DNA from: Octopus bimaculoides
Lineage: Eukaryota
Reading direction: 5' to 3'
Length of the DNA stretch: 64,000 nt
NCBI RefSeq assembly: GCF_001194135.2
Contig: NC_069004.1
Span: 2,809,788 to 2,873,787 of the forward strand
Position 1 is the stretch's first letter. Each line of letters opens with the position of its first letter. The notes under the pieces are model-generated. The model made no database searches. It saw only the letters and a program-made list of their open reading frames with translations, and was not told the DNA's origin. The position numbers were made by a program, and so were the translations under genes. Below, piece by piece: positions 63,400 to 64,000 of the stretch.

Positions 63400-63720
63400 G
63401 TGTCTCTCATGTGACACTGGCACGTGTGCGTCTCATGTGCCGCTGGTACGAGTGCATCGTATGTGATGCTGGCACGAGTGCCTCTTATGTAACGCTGGCA
63501 CGAGTGCCTCTTATGTAACGCTGGCATGAGTACATCTTATGTGACACTTACGTGGGGCTGGTATGCATGCATCCTACATGGAGGCATGGCACAGGTACGT
63601 ACTACGTGACACTGGTACAGGTAGATACTACGTGACGCTGGCACAGGTACGTACTACGTGGCGCTGGCGCGGGTGCATTTTTCGTGGAACGAGTGCTCCT
63701 TACATGGAACTAGTTGGCAC
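63400..63720 (+). repeat. Degenerate 26-bp tandem array at the tail of a family-C repeat
   Basis: Unit about tggcacgagtgcctcttatgtaacgc, with variants tggcacaggtacgtactacgtgacac. Confidence 0.8.
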
Positions 63721-63724
63721 TGGC

Positions 63725-64000
63725 ACAGATACAGTTGTTACTGAATGGCACGAGGAACATTCTAGTGAAGTTGAACATCTTATCTGGCCACCACAGTCCC
63801 CAGATCTCAATATTATTGAACATTTATGGTGCATTTTAGAAAAACAAGTAAGGAGTCGATATCCTCCACCACCATCACAACAAGAACTGGAGACTGTTTT
63901 AGCTGAAGAATGGACAACAATTCCTTTGGAAACAATTCAAACTTTGTACAAGTCCATACCTCGTAGAATTCAAGATGTAATTACTGCCAAAGGCGGTCTT
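63725..64000 (+). mobile_element. Tc1-family transposase C-terminal fragment (runs off the window)
   Basis: 92 open codons containing WPPQSPDLNIIEHLW and SIPRRIQDVITAKGG. Confidence 0.93.

Noticed and set aside
63400-63720. Regularly spaced short repeats as a CRISPR array
   Set aside because: Contiguous tandem units without unique spacers, eukaryotic context and no cas genes.

Overview
AT-rich, microsatellite- and SINE-dense eukaryotic genomic DNA with many N gaps. The repeat families and style suggest an octopus/coleoid draft assembly (inference). Three protein-coding genes can be built by hand from splice sites and family motifs. (1) The first coding exon of an MBOAT1/2-type lysophospholipid acyltransferase (- strand, 430-510; the rest lies left of the window). 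(2) A PHF20/PHF20L1-type chromatin reader (+ strand, 16851-45003) with two Tudor domains, a C2H2 finger, a PHD finger and a C-terminal coiled coil. It has 20 visible exons with consistent phases, and one Tudor-2 exon is probably hidden in an N gap. (3) TTC38 (- strand, 51343-62187), with 13 exons, 456 aa visible, the first exon missing and one GC-AG intron. The rest is tRNA-derived SINEs, Tc1/mariner remnants and MITEs, an RTE-LINE fragment and simple repeats. No prokaryotic-type system (CRISPR, operon) is present, and I cannot claim a clearly new biological system. The best leads are regulatory. They are a CpG-retaining island with a CTCF motif inside the longest PHF20 intron (possible internal promoter for a Tudor-less isoform), a 7-nt start-codon micro-exon with a candidate TATA-driven upstream exon, a cluster of recursive-splice-like AG|GT sites, and inverted SINEs around the Tudor exons. 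All of these are hypotheses needing RNA or epigenomic data.
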